Below are positions 7,395-18,160 of a stretch of 64,000 nucleotides of DNA, piece by piece (position 1 is the stretch's first letter; each line of letters begins with the position of its first letter). The DNA comes from an uncultured Gammaproteobacteria bacterium. Its GTDB lineage: Bacteria; Cyanobacteriota; Vampirovibrionia; LMEP-6097; CAYGPN01. A program made the translations under genes and the position numbers. The notes beneath the pieces are model-generated. The model worked only from the letters and a program-made list of their open reading frames with translations. It was not told where the DNA came from and did not search any database. The DNA lies in contig CAYGPN010000001.1 in NCBI GenBank assembly GCA_964352085.1, positions 95,823 to 159,822 of the forward strand, written 5' to 3'.

Positions 7395-9392
7395 GTGATT
7401 CTAGTTTCATTATCTTTAGGCATAATATTTGGCTCGCTACTTTTTGTTTTAGCGGGATATAAAATAATGCTGCCCGCACTTTTACTTACTTGGTTATCGT
7501 CTTTCGGTTTAACCACATATAGAAAATACCAAAAAGAACTTTATATCTTTATTCTCGCGACGCTCTTTATGTTTTTTAACTATAATTTGCGCCTTGAATT
7601 TCTAGATAACTTTGATATTGAGAATTATCTTTTAAAAAATCATGGTGAATATCATCTCCAGATAGCAAATCGTCCTAAAGAAAACTATTTTTTCCAAAGC
7701 GAATTTGAAGTTGAGATTAAAGATGCGAGCCCTAGTTTAACTAATTCTCTGCAAGAGTATTTTGTGCCAGTAAAATTTCTTGCGAAAGCCAAATCCACTC
7801 AGGGTTTGGAATACGGTGATATTCTTTCAATTAAGGAGCTAGATAGTTTTTATAGAAATTCTTCATTAGAGCTAGTACCAGTTAATCATAAGTTAAAAGT
7901 TGAAAAACTAGAGGGCTTTAAAGCTAAAGTTAATAGAAAAAATAAAGTTTTAAATAAGCTAGTTAAAGCAGAGTTGGAGTTTGTGGATCATAAATTTTCA
8001 TGGGTTTATACGATGCAAAAAAAGATTAAGCAATTCTATTTAGAGAAATTAGGCGCTTATGATGGTGCTATTGTTTCTAGTTTGCTTTTAGGTTCTAGAG
8101 TTTCTGATATGCCTTATGACTTTGCGCAGCAAGTGCGTAATCTAGGTTTAGGTCACTTCTTTGCGGCATCTGGTTTTCACCTTCTGGTTCTCTCGCTCTT
8201 TTTAGGCTGGGTTATGGGTATAGTAGGACTTTCACGCCGCAATTCTAGTTTTTTAATTATTTTAGCGACTCTTATTTACTCAGCTTTAGCTGGCTTTAGC
8301 CCTTCTATTATTCGAGCTGCTGTAATGCTTCTAGCTTTTCTTACTTTACGCTTGCTTGATAGGGAAGTAAAAAGTTTAAGTCTGCTTACAGTCTTAGCTG
8401 GTCTCACTTTATTGTTTGATCCTTTTGCGATTTATGATATTGGTTTTCAATTTAGTTACCTTGCTACTTTTGGAATTATAGTTTGGATGAGCCCGATTAA
8501 AGAGAAATTATCTAAGCTCCCTGATTATCTCGCTGATCTTTTATCCGTAACTATTGCAGTCCAGATTATTTTATTACCTTTAATTGTTTACTATTTCCAT
8601 AGTATGCAGGTCTGGTCTATTGTCGCTAATGTGGTCTTCTCTCCCATACTTTCGCTTTTAGTAGTTCTATCTTTTATGGGTTTGTTCTTTTTTATAAAGC
8701 CTTTAATTGTTGTCGCTAAGTGGATCTTTGCTAGTGCTCAGCATTTGCCTTTTCTTGATTTTAGGGTTGAAATAGATCTAAGTACTTTTGTTTTAATGTC
8801 AATGTTACTTAATCTAATTGCTTATTTTATTCTTGCTAAGAAAGATTATTTGGATTCTAAGAACCCAGTTGTGCGTCAGTTTAAACCTGCACTTTTTAAT
8901 AAATACATTAGAGCTAGTATGATCTTCGCTTTAAGTTTTATGATCATCGCTACAAACGCGATGCCGCCAGGTGTAAAAATTATTGATGTTAAAAATGGAA
9001 GGATTAGTTTTGATAATGCAATTAAAAAACTTCCGTCAGATCCAAGTACGCAGATGATTTTAGGAACTCCTGAAAAAGAAATTCAAAACATTGAAACATA
9101 TAAGTATAAAGGTTTTAGTGCAATCCTTATAAATGATAGAAGCAAAATCTCAAATCTAAAAGGTTTGAGACAAGCTCAGCTACTGGTTTTGCCTAATTTA
9201 AACTCTAAAGATATATACATGGATACTATTCTGGAGATAGTTAAACCACAGTTTATTATTACCTCGATGAAAAGAGAGTCTACTAAGGCAAAGGCTAATT
9301 TAAATATACTTAGCTCTTATACTCACACTATTTTAAATTCAGGTAGACTTTATGTAAGTGATAAGTATTGGTCAATAACGAGGCAGGTTTAA
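7395..9392 (+). CDS. comEC: ComEC/Rec2-family DNA internalisation channel protein
   Basis: Polytopic membrane protein with the competence-domain motif GLGHFFAASGFHLLVL and many TM helices. The C-terminal region is not clearly a metallo-beta-lactamase fold. Confidence 0.75.
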   Translation: MILVSLSLGIIFGSLLFVLAGYKIMLPALLLTWLSSFGLTTYRKYQKELYIFILATLFMFFNYNLRLEFLDNFDIENYLLKNHGEYHLQIANRPKENYFFQSEFEVEIKDASPSLTNSLQEYFVPVKFLAKAKSTQGLEYGDILSIKELDSFYRNSSLELVPVNHKLKVEKLEGFKAKVNRKNKVLNKLVKAELEFVDHKFSWVYTMQKKIKQFYLEKLGAYDGAIVSSLLLGSRVSDMPYDFAQQVRNLGLGHFFAASGFHLLVLSLFLGWVMGIVGLSRRNSSFLIILATLIYSALAGFSPSIIRAAVMLLAFLTLRLLDREVKSLSLLTVLAGLTLLFDPFAIYDIGFQFSYLATFGIIVWMSPIKEKLSKLPDYLADLLSVTIAVQIILLPLIVYYFHSMQVWSIVANVVFSPILSLLVVLSFMGLFFFIKPLIVVAKWIFASAQHLPFLDFRVEIDLSTFVLMSMLLNLIAYFILAKKDYLDSKNPVVRQFKPALFNKYIRASMIFALSFMIIATNAMPPGVKIIDVKNGRISFDNAIKKLPSDPSTQMILGTPEKEIQNIETYKYKGFSAILINDRSKISNLKGLRQAQLLVLPNLNSKDIYMDTILEIVKPQFIITSMKRESTKAKANLNILSSYTHTILNSGRLYVSDKYWSITRQV

Positions 9393-10249
9393 TGGAAAGC
9401 GAACAAATCATATCAATAGACTTAGGAGGCACAAAAACAAGTGTCGCTTTGTTTAATAATGGCGAGATTGTAAATGAGGATAATTTTCCTACGCCAGATA
9501 AGCCTGAAGATTTTTTAGTTATGCTTCAAGCAAAGCTAAATGATCTTGATCTTAAAAGTGTGTCAGGCATTGGTGTTGGCGCGGCTGGATACTGGGATGA
9601 GAATTGCATTCTCAAACAATCTCTTAACCTTCCTAAATACATAGACTTTCCTATTTGGAAAAATCTCTCTGCTTCTCTTAACTTGCCCTTATTTTTGAAA
9701 ACAGATGTCGAGCTTGCTGCTATGGGTGAAGCTGTCTATGGATTGAATAATCAGTACAAAAGCGTTCTTTATATAAACATGGGTACAGGATTTTCTGGAG
9801 CTTTATATAAGGATGGCGAGATCTTCACTACTTCATACTCGCCAACTATTAGATTAGATTATTTAGTGCTTCCACAAGTAAAAGAAGCAATTCAAAATAA
9901 TCAGATTTTGAGTAATGAAAACTCTATGAGTGAAAACACCCAGCCAAATGAAAATACTGCTCAAGATAATCTGAAAAACTCAGGGCAAGATATTTTGCAC
10001 CTATCTACTACTATTATTAACTTGGCTTTCACGCTATCTCCAGAGATTATAGTGATTGGTGGCGGAAAAGCTAATGAAGATAGCTGGAATAGTACTATTC
10101 AGCCTGCAATTGACCAGGCAATGCCTTATTTGCACGAAAACCTCACTTATAAGATCAAAATCCAGCCTGCTAAGCTGAAAAGCCCTACACTTTATGGTGG
10201 ACTAAAGCTTGTCAAAGACAGTATTTCAAGCCTTGAAGGCGTGAAATAG
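9392..10249 (+). CDS. ROK-family sugar kinase (glucokinase-like)
   Basis: N-terminal ISIDLGGTKTSVALF and VIGGG near the C-terminus. The preferred start is ATG 9392, overlapping the comEC stop (TAATG). The track ORF opens at 9368. Confidence 0.7.
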   Translation: MESEQIISIDLGGTKTSVALFNNGEIVNEDNFPTPDKPEDFLVMLQAKLNDLDLKSVSGIGVGAAGYWDENCILKQSLNLPKYIDFPIWKNLSASLNLPLFLKTDVELAAMGEAVYGLNNQYKSVLYINMGTGFSGALYKDGEIFTTSYSPTIRLDYLVLPQVKEAIQNNQILSNENSMSENTQPNENTAQDNLKNSGQDILHLSTTIINLAFTLSPEIIVIGGGKANEDSWNSTIQPAIDQAMPYLHENLTYKIKIQPAKLKSPTLYGGLKLVKDSISSLEGVK

Positions 10250-10318
10250 CCTGCCCAGTCTGCTTTACTAGCATTAAAATATTTTAATGCAAAATATGTA
10301 AATATTTATTGAAAAAGC

Positions 10319-10348
10319 TTGACAAGTATATATACGCTTTGCTAATAT
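10319..10348 (+). promoter_or_regulatory. sigma70-type promoter candidate (TTGACA-18 nt-TAATAT)
   Basis: TTGACA at 10319..10324 and TAATAT at 10343..10348, about 140 nt upstream of the 1180-aa ORF. Confidence 0.5.
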
Positions 10349-10491
10349 GGTAAGCGTAATACAGATCTAGATAATAAAATTTCTGGAAAAGTATTACAAA
10401 GACCCCAAAACCGAATAAATAAATGTCAAAATACATAAATGCATTTCTTTATAAGGGAGTAGGAATATAAGGAACAAAGAGGATAATAAAC

Positions 10492-13400
10492 ATGGCATCA
10501 GTCGATTTTAAAAATAATGCTTTACTTGATTACCACAAGAATATTGTTGAGATCAAAGAAAGAAGCAATAGTATTCGCGCTCAACTTAGAAGAAGAGATT
10601 ATGATTTCTCCGCTAAAAAGAAAGTTGATCCAAAAGCTCAAAAAGTCGCTAATGAAAAATTAGATCAAGAGCTAAGTACTGTTTTAGCCGCTATGAAAGA
10701 TGGAGATGCTGGTGATTTATTCCTTGACACCAAAGCTGATTCTACTGATCCTAGTTATTTTAAATTAATTACAGCGCAGATTAATCCTGAGTCTGAATCA
10801 GTTAAGAGTCTAAACTTTGTTTTAGACAGTATTGAAGAACAAATTGATACTGTTACTAAGTTTCCTAGAAGTAACAAGTACTGTGTTTTGTTTGATAGAA
10901 GTGATTTAGAAAAATCAAAATCATACTCAGCTTTATTATTTAACCTTGCAAGAATTAGAGTTAAGAGTGGTGATGATACTTCTGATGTTCATGTTAAATT
11001 AAGAAATAAAGCAAGAGATCTAATTGAAGCTGCTGAGCAAGCGGTTGTAAAAAAACGTGACAATCATAAATTTAAAGCAGATGAGAGAAATGCAATACTT
11101 AGTCTTTCACTTGGTGCATCAGGCAACCTTAAAAATTTAGGTGATTCATTAACTGAGCTTGGTGCTCTAGATGATTATGATCCTTATAAAGGTGGAAAGA
11201 GTCAATTAGCTAAAGGTATCCAAACTATTTATGGAAATACTGGCTTTGCTGAATTACTGGCTACTAGTTTTCAAGCTACTGTTGACTATGTAACAACTAA
11301 AGAGATTAACCCTACTGACTTCGAGTCTAGTTCAGATTATGATGATTTAGTAGATAATTTACGTGCATATAATGAAAAGATCTTTGATTCTTTTGAAAGA
11401 GCCAAAGAGACTAAAATTAGCCGTTATTCTAAATCTACTTCACCTAATAGTCAAAAAATAGTTGAAGGTATAGAAAAAAGAGCTTCTTGGTACAGAGATG
11501 TTTTTGTTTCTGAAGGTGATGAAGACCTTGATAGAAAGAAAGCTGCTATTTTCAATATTGCTAGAGACTTTGCTTCTTCAGCTATTAACCAAGAGAAGAT
11601 TTCAAGAAAAAGAGAAGAAAAAGCTTCCCTACTTCAAGGAATTAAAGAAGGTAAAAGAAGAGGTCCTCAGATCATTACTATACCTAAGTGGACTCTTCAA
11701 GATAGAGATAAGCTTGAATTAACTAAAAGGCTATATGAAAAAAATAGTGCTTTAGTTGAAGAAGTTAGAGAAAAAGTTAAAAATACCGATGCCTCGAAAA
11801 TTGATGCTGTAGATAGTTATTTTCAGAATGAAAGAATGTCTCTTCTTAGTAAAAGAATGGAAGAGGAAGCTCCTGATGCTCTTAGCGTAAATGTTATAGA
11901 TCCAAGTAGTGCTTCTCATTTAGTTCCTAAGGCTCTTTTAGAATCAATAATGAATAAAGTCAAAAATGGTGAAGGTCTTGATCAACAATCAGATCATCTT
12001 CTTAAAGATGCTTTTGCTACTTTTATTGCTGGTCATGAAGACAGATTTGCTTTTAGATTTGGTTCTTCAGCAATAACATCAATTGAATGGGATCAACTGA
12101 AAATTGATGCTAATGCTGCAGGCGCATCGACTGAAGATAAAGAAAAATTTGAAGATATTAAAACTTCAGCTAACAGACTTGCTTATCAAGCCGAATTGAC
12201 TAAGCTAATAGAAAGATTATCTAGAACTGGTGATACTAGACTAAGAGCCGAAATTCCAAATGGAGTTACTGTTAATAGAGCTAGTGCTAATAATAGTGAT
12301 TTACAACAATACCTTCCTTTTCTTGAAGAAAAAGCTAGGTTCTCTGACAATATTGACATCCCTAGATATAAACTTCAGTCTGAGGTTGATGAGCTTGTTG
12401 GTAGAGCAACAGATACTTTAAGTACTGGTGATTGGGCTAAACTTAAAGACCATGGAAACACAATAACTATTAACTTCCCTAAAGTTAAAGAATGGATTGA
12501 AAGAGATATCACTCCAAGTAATCCTGATGACGCTAAGCTTAAACAAAGAGTTGAAAACTATATTAGAGAAGAAATTTCTAGTAAGAAAGAAAAAGAAGCT
12601 ATTGATAAATTTGCTAAAACTTTAACCACTTCAATCAGCATTTACGACAATCTGGTTGGTGAATATGGCTCTGCAGGGCGTGGAACAATGGCTGATCCAA
12701 TCGCTGCTTGGAATTCAATGAGAGCTAAACTTTCTTTGAGCAAAACTGATGCTGAGTATGTGAAACTTTTTGGTGATAAGAATAAGAGAGGTCTCCTTGA
12801 TGAAGCTATTTCTCGTGAGCCTTGTTTTACAGCTAAAATCAGCAAAGATATTTTAAACGATGATAGTAATCTTCGCTCACTCGTTCAAAATGTATCTAGT
12901 TCTGCTAAATTAAAACTTAAGGATGCTGAGGCTGAATTTAAAAACGAAGAGCTTATTAATTCAACTGCTCGCGAGAAAGTAGATAATATTCTTAAAACGA
13001 CTAAGGGTGTTATTCTTGATAGAGTTAAGTCAGTTCTTCTTGATGCATTTAATAACCCTAACAGTCCACTTGCTGATGTGATTCCTTCACTTGCGAGAGA
13101 ATTAGGAGCTGATAAAGCCGATGCCATTGGTACTAAACTACGTAACCAAATTAATGAAATTGAGAGAAATTTAAACTCTAACTATCCAGCTGAGACTGTA
13201 GCTTTGATTTCTGATACTTCAAATCAAGCGTTGGTTAAGGCAGATAATATTAGATCTTCAATACCTGAAGATGATTCAAATAGACGTAGAGATGCAATTG
13301 AATCACTAGAAGCTATTATTAGTGATATTAGAACTAATTCTAAGGCTACAGGTTCTTTACCAAGTGAAAAAGATATTAGAGATACTTTTGCTTCTGTAGT

Positions 13401-14034
13401 TGATACTAAGAAAGAAGAACCATTTGAAACTTCTCAAAGACATCTTCAAGAATTGAAGGGTATGTTTACAATTCTTAGAAAGATCTATCAGAATGATAAA
13501 GCACGTGATTATGTTGAAAACTCTTTAAGTATTCAAAACAATTCACTTGTTTCTAAATTTAAATCCGCTATTAGAGTTTCTTTCAAAGGTAAGGATTCTG
13601 ATGAACAGATTAGTAAGGTTAATGAACTTCTTAAGAAGATAGAAAAAGATTCTAATGTTGAGAAGCGTGAAAAGTTAGACGAAGCTATTCTTGATATTGG
13701 TGATGATGGCATTATGTTCTCAGGTGATGATGAATCACCTTTAGCTAAAGGGATTATGAAACATCTTAAGTCAGTTCTTAAAGGTTTTGAGACTATGTTT
13801 AGAGGTATGTGTACTGACCCTGAGCATGATGCTAAGAAATTTAAAGCTGCCTACACTCAAGCTGAAGAAGCGACAAGTGGCGCTAAGATTGATGCTGATA
13901 ATATTTTTACTTCATTAATGATTAAGAAGTTTAAAGATTTAGAAAACGCTTTGATGACAGGTGTTTCTAATGCAACTAAGCAATCTGGTGCATCTGCAGA
14001 ATCAAGTACTGAAGAGGCTTCAGAAGAAGCATAA
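10492..14034 (+). CDS. large hypothetical protein (1180 aa, K/E/D-rich, no signal peptide or TM seen)
   Basis: A 3.5-kb uninterrupted ORF in AT-rich DNA. SD AAAGAGGA upstream. No recognisable catalytic motif. Confidence 0.85.
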   Translation: MASVDFKNNALLDYHKNIVEIKERSNSIRAQLRRRDYDFSAKKKVDPKAQKVANEKLDQELSTVLAAMKDGDAGDLFLDTKADSTDPSYFKLITAQINPESESVKSLNFVLDSIEEQIDTVTKFPRSNKYCVLFDRSDLEKSKSYSALLFNLARIRVKSGDDTSDVHVKLRNKARDLIEAAEQAVVKKRDNHKFKADERNAILSLSLGASGNLKNLGDSLTELGALDDYDPYKGGKSQLAKGIQTIYGNTGFAELLATSFQATVDYVTTKEINPTDFESSSDYDDLVDNLRAYNEKIFDSFERAKETKISRYSKSTSPNSQKIVEGIEKRASWYRDVFVSEGDEDLDRKKAAIFNIARDFASSAINQEKISRKREEKASLLQGIKEGKRRGPQIITIPKWTLQDRDKLELTKRLYEKNSALVEEVREKVKNTDASKIDAVDSYFQNERMSLLSKRMEEEAPDALSVNVIDPSSASHLVPKALLESIMNKVKNGEGLDQQSDHLLKDAFATFIAGHEDRFAFRFGSSAITSIEWDQLKIDANAAGASTEDKEKFEDIKTSANRLAYQAELTKLIERLSRTGDTRLRAEIPNGVTVNRASANNSDLQQYLPFLEEKARFSDNIDIPRYKLQSEVDELVGRATDTLSTGDWAKLKDHGNTITINFPKVKEWIERDITPSNPDDAKLKQRVENYIREEISSKKEKEAIDKFAKTLTTSISIYDNLVGEYGSAGRGTMADPIAAWNSMRAKLSLSKTDAEYVKLFGDKNKRGLLDEAISREPCFTAKISKDILNDDSNLRSLVQNVSSSAKLKLKDAEAEFKNEELINSTAREKVDNILKTTKGVILDRVKSVLLDAFNNPNSPLADVIPSLARELGADKADAIGTKLRNQINEIERNLNSNYPAETVALISDTSNQALVKADNIRSSIPEDDSNRRRDAIESLEAIISDIRTNSKATGSLPSEKDIRDTFASVVDTKKEEPFETSQRHLQELKGMFTILRKIYQNDKARDYVENSLSIQNNSLVSKFKSAIRVSFKGKDSDEQISKVNELLKKIEKDSNVEKREKLDEAILDIGDDGIMFSGDDESPLAKGIMKHLKSVLKGFETMFRGMCTDPEHDAKKFKAAYTQAEEATSGAKIDADNIFTSLMIKKFKDLENALMTGVSNATKQSGASAESSTEEASEEA

Positions 14035-14058
14035 TTATCCTTAAGGAGGGAATTTAAG

Positions 14059-14970
14059 ATGAGTAGTGTTGAAAATACAGGCGGACCAAAGCCAATAGTT
14101 CCACTAAAAACTGGTGAAGTAACTGAAGCAACTGATTCTAATAAAGGACCAGTTCGCAATAGACCGGTAGTGGAAGTAACAGGCGATGGAGCAAAATCTA
14201 TAGCGGGACAAACAATTGTAAATATTGGTGAACCAGAGGCTGCCATTATTCATGCACTTAATAATCCTAAAGAGGCAGGAACTGGTGCTAGTCGTCTTTT
14301 GCAAGATTCCCCAGGTCTTATTGTTTTCTCTATACAACGAAATCCTGAGATACTGAGAGCTGAAAAAGTCGTTGAGATTTTAGAAAAAGCAATTAGTGGT
14401 GAAGATCAAAATAATAATATATCTAATGCAGATGAAGTTTTGGCTGCTTTATCAAAGAGCCCGTTATCAAGCCTGAAAAGGCTTGGTCCAAAAACAATTG
14501 CAATACTTAAAAGGCTTGACGAAGTTTCTAAAGCTACAGAGCCAGATGCTATTGAAGAGGCTACTAAAATAGTGACAAAGCCAGAAATTGCTGAAGAATC
14601 TACAGAAGAAGTTGCAGTAACTGAAGTAGAGCCAAAATCTTCAGAAGAAGCTACAGCATCTGAAGCAGAACCAAAAGCTACTGAAGAGACTATTTGGGCA
14701 ATTCCTCCTAGGACTTTTCCTACAAAATGGGATATTCATTCTAGTATTAAGAAAGATGAATCTGCACTTAAATCTACTAGCCCTACTGCTATTGATGCAG
14801 AAACTCCACAAAACGATGATTTGACTGATGATGCTAATCCTAAGAAGGAAATAGAGAATACTGAAAATGCTAAGAGTATCTATTATGAAAATAGAAATAC
14901 AAAATCTACTTATGATTTATCCAAACTTATGAAACAGTATGGCTTATCTGAAAAAGATGAAGCAAAATAA
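14059..14970 (+). CDS. hypothetical acidic protein (303 aa) with EPK(S/A)xEE(A/T)T repeats
   Basis: Strong SD AAGGAGGG 7 nt upstream. Followed by a clear terminator. Confidence 0.8.
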   Translation: MSSVENTGGPKPIVPLKTGEVTEATDSNKGPVRNRPVVEVTGDGAKSIAGQTIVNIGEPEAAIIHALNNPKEAGTGASRLLQDSPGLIVFSIQRNPEILRAEKVVEILEKAISGEDQNNNISNADEVLAALSKSPLSSLKRLGPKTIAILKRLDEVSKATEPDAIEEATKIVTKPEIAEESTEEVAVTEVEPKSSEEATASEAEPKATEETIWAIPPRTFPTKWDIHSSIKKDESALKSTSPTAIDAETPQNDDLTDDANPKKEIENTENAKSIYYENRNTKSTYDLSKLMKQYGLSEKDEAK

Positions 14971-14993
14971 AGAGATAAATTGCTGAAATTTTA

Positions 14994-15033
14994 ATAGCTA
15001 TATTTGCCTAGGTGAATACAGCTATTTTTTTTT
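14994..15033 (+). terminator. Rho-independent terminator
   Basis: ATAGCTATATT / AATACAGCTAT stem (10 of 11 bp), a 10-nt loop, then a T run of 8. Confidence 0.7.
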
Positions 15034-15159
15034 GAAAGCATTGCTAAACCTACACTTTGAAGATTAAAAACCCTTAATCTACCTGTATTAATGTATTTTT
15101 TTATCAAATAGCTTTATACAGCTTCTTTGTATGTGTACATATACAGGAGGAATGTATAA

Positions 15160-17751
15160 ATGTCAGTACAGCCAGGAAAATTAGAATCATGGAAAAGATG
15201 GGATGCCCTTCACTCGTTGGGTAATGCTCTTGATCATGTTCCTCTTGCTGGTAGTTATAGAAGACGTAGAAGATCAGCTCAAATGGGTGAGCAAGTAGCG
15301 ACTCAAGTTGTTGGTAACCTACAAGATTCTAGTGGTAACACTATATACGAGCCAGACCATGGAATGATTGGTTGGAAGCCTGCTAAAGCAGCAGCTGGGT
15401 TTTTACACTCTACAGGTTTTGAAGCTACAGCAAGATGGATAGACTCTGCTGCAGGACTATCTCTTAGCAGAGCAGATGATTTAAAGGCTGCAGAAAAAAA
15501 TATTGCATCAATAGAATGGGAACGTGATCCTAAAACTGGGAAGTACGTTATCACTAACAAGGGTAACTATAATGCAAAATTAGGCAAACACCGTTTCGCT
15601 GATCTACTTATCACTGATTTAAGAATTTTAGAAGAAGCACTTACTAAAGAAAATGGATCTGGTTTAGTTGATGCATTTGATTATTTTTCCCCATCTTCTA
15701 AAAACCCTAAAGTTTTGCAAGTACTTGCTGCAGTAGCTTTTCATGATAGTGATGAAGTGGATCTTTTACACTCAGTTCAAGAGCCAAGACAGAAAGCAAA
15801 GAATATTTTACTTCAAGTTTTTAAAGCACATGCTAAAAAATCAGGATTAACTGAAGGCGAGAGATTACCAGCTGAAAACTTCATTAGGCACTTTGGTCAT
15901 GAAACAGCACAAAAAAGAACTATGGCTATGCTAACACTTCTTAATGAAGTAGATCCTTCGCAAGGTGGAAGTAAAGGATACAGAAAACAAATTTTAGATA
16001 AGATTTCTGATGCTAAGCACTCATTAGGAAATGATAATGTTGCTAACTTATATGCTTCAATAATTTCAATTGAATTAGATGATTTTCTTGCAGACCCTTT
16101 TTCAAAAAGATATTTAGGCCATGCAGATTTTGCTTATTCAGATCCTGAGAATGAAGCAGTTGCTTCAGTTTTAAAAAAATTCCAAGATGTTTTTACAGCA
16201 GCTTTGCCTAAGTGGAAAGACTTTGATGCTGAAAGTCAGCCTATGGTTAAATCATTTATAAATTTAATTAAATTAGTACCTGGTGATACTGCTAGAGATC
16301 AGCATGTAGAAAAAATACATACTGAAATTAGAGATATGTATTTGGTACAAAAAAACTTAGATAGAGAAGTTAAAAAGTTAGAGGAAGTTTTTGATGCTTT
16401 TTCTCATTCTGTTGCCACTGAAGATGAAGTTCATATGCATGTGGGTTACGCTTCTAAAGCCCAGCTTGATGAATACCTTACTAAACTTGGTAAGCATGGT
16501 GACTTTATTGCAAGCTTAACTAGTCCAGCTGATAACACAAGAGCTAATGCTTTAAGATTCCTCAGATCTGTATCTAATAGTCCTTTTATCATGGTAAAGG
16601 CTACTAGAACTCAAATGGTAGATGTGGAAAATGAACTTAAAACTGCTCGTGCTGCAGCTGAAACGCATACTAGTAAAGTAAGAAGAACTAGACTTTCTAT
16701 AGCTCATGCTAGTAAAGCTTTACCGGGACTTGCTAAATCCTTGATAGAATCAGCAGCTTTTAAAGATTTAATTGATGAAAATGGTAACGCTAAGATTGAT
16801 GATTTCTTCTCTGATGTTGATGGTGAAACTGCTTTCTTTAAAAAAACATTTGAATCAGTTCTAAATGATGAGATTATTAAGGAAGTAGCAAATAAAAGAC
16901 ATCAAATAACTAATTTGGAAATTCTTAAAGCTGAAAAAACTAAATTTGAAACTGATATGAAAGATAGATTTGGTCAAACTTTAAATGGTGTAGTTGCTGA
17001 TGCGGATTTGGCTGATTATTATAAAGCAATGTTAGGTTCTTCTTATGAGACAAATATTAGTCCTTACATAGAGGAATTTAATGATGCTACTACTTCTGTT
17101 TCTAGAAAAGAAACTTTAAAAGGTTTAATGTTTGCAAGGTTAGTGTATCATTCATCTTCTAATCAAATGGAGACAAAGATTTATACTAAACAAAATCCTG
17201 TTACGAGAATTATTAAAAAGACTAGAGAATACTATGCTTCTATAAATCAACCTCGCAGTATATTACATTCAACTTTAGGGTTACCAGCTGCAGAGTTTGC
17301 TTTTAGTGCTACAAATGCAAATGATTTTAAAGCTTTCTGTGTTAATTATGGAAATATGATCAAGCATGGTGGAACTATAAAAACAAAAGAAGATAAGATT
17401 GAAAGAATTCAAGAAAAAATAGATGCTTTTAAAGCTAAGGATATTAATAATGATGACTATAACTCATTAGCTAAAAGGATAGATGGCTTTGTTCTTGATA
17501 CTGTTAAAGATATTTATCATGAGTATAATGCAGCATTTACTGACTTTACTATTGCTATTGCACCTCAATTCCCTGATTTGATGACTAATATCAGAAAAGT
17601 CTTAGTGAATTTTGTAGAATCATTATTAACTTACTTAACACCACATCCTGGTTTTATTGATGTCATTGATAACGGTTCATATAGATCTAAAATTACAAAA
17701 ACCTTAATGGAAGTTGCTGATGAGTTTGAATCTACAGGCTGGTTAGTATAA
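15160..17751 (+). CDS. large hypothetical protein (863 aa, soluble-looking)
   Basis: Long ORF with SD AGGAGG upstream. No recognisable motif. Confidence 0.85.
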   Translation: MSVQPGKLESWKRWDALHSLGNALDHVPLAGSYRRRRRSAQMGEQVATQVVGNLQDSSGNTIYEPDHGMIGWKPAKAAAGFLHSTGFEATARWIDSAAGLSLSRADDLKAAEKNIASIEWERDPKTGKYVITNKGNYNAKLGKHRFADLLITDLRILEEALTKENGSGLVDAFDYFSPSSKNPKVLQVLAAVAFHDSDEVDLLHSVQEPRQKAKNILLQVFKAHAKKSGLTEGERLPAENFIRHFGHETAQKRTMAMLTLLNEVDPSQGGSKGYRKQILDKISDAKHSLGNDNVANLYASIISIELDDFLADPFSKRYLGHADFAYSDPENEAVASVLKKFQDVFTAALPKWKDFDAESQPMVKSFINLIKLVPGDTARDQHVEKIHTEIRDMYLVQKNLDREVKKLEEVFDAFSHSVATEDEVHMHVGYASKAQLDEYLTKLGKHGDFIASLTSPADNTRANALRFLRSVSNSPFIMVKATRTQMVDVENELKTARAAAETHTSKVRRTRLSIAHASKALPGLAKSLIESAAFKDLIDENGNAKIDDFFSDVDGETAFFKKTFESVLNDEIIKEVANKRHQITNLEILKAEKTKFETDMKDRFGQTLNGVVADADLADYYKAMLGSSYETNISPYIEEFNDATTSVSRKETLKGLMFARLVYHSSSNQMETKIYTKQNPVTRIIKKTREYYASINQPRSILHSTLGLPAAEFAFSATNANDFKAFCVNYGNMIKHGGTIKTKEDKIERIQEKIDAFKAKDINNDDYNSLAKRIDGFVLDTVKDIYHEYNAAFTDFTIAIAPQFPDLMTNIRKVLVNFVESLLTYLTPHPGFIDVIDNGSYRSKITKTLMEVADEFESTGWLV

Positions 17752-17754
17752 ATT

Positions 17755-18147
17755 ATGAATTTAGAATATTTAAGACTAAAAACTCATTTTAAGAAGAAAA
17801 CACTTGGTGAAGATGTTTCTAATGATGATATTTCTGTTGATAGCAAGATTGTCGCTGTTCATGATCATCTTAGTCATTTAATGTCTAGGATGGATGATGA
17901 GAAATACGATGCTGATTCACAAATTCACACTTTGAAATGTTTGAGTAAATTCCTGGACTATGATAACGTCAAAAAGTTTTTAGTTAAAAAGAGTAGAGAA
18001 ACGTCATTAAAAGCTGTTAAAGCTGAGATTAGAAATTTGTATGAAGGAAGGCTAGATACAAGTGAGCTAGATGAGACTATTGAAAATGTCCGTAAAGATA
18101 TGGCTCTTCGTAAGAAACTACTTAAAGAAATGGAAGATATGGATTAA
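17755..18147 (+). CDS. small acidic helical hypothetical protein (130 aa)
   Basis: Starts 3 nt after the 863-aa ORF stop. D/E-rich. Confidence 0.65.
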   Translation: MNLEYLRLKTHFKKKTLGEDVSNDDISVDSKIVAVHDHLSHLMSRMDDEKYDADSQIHTLKCLSKFLDYDNVKKFLVKKSRETSLKAVKAEIRNLYEGRLDTSELDETIENVRKDMALRKKLLKEMEDMD

Positions 18148-18160
18148 TTCAGTAGCAGAT

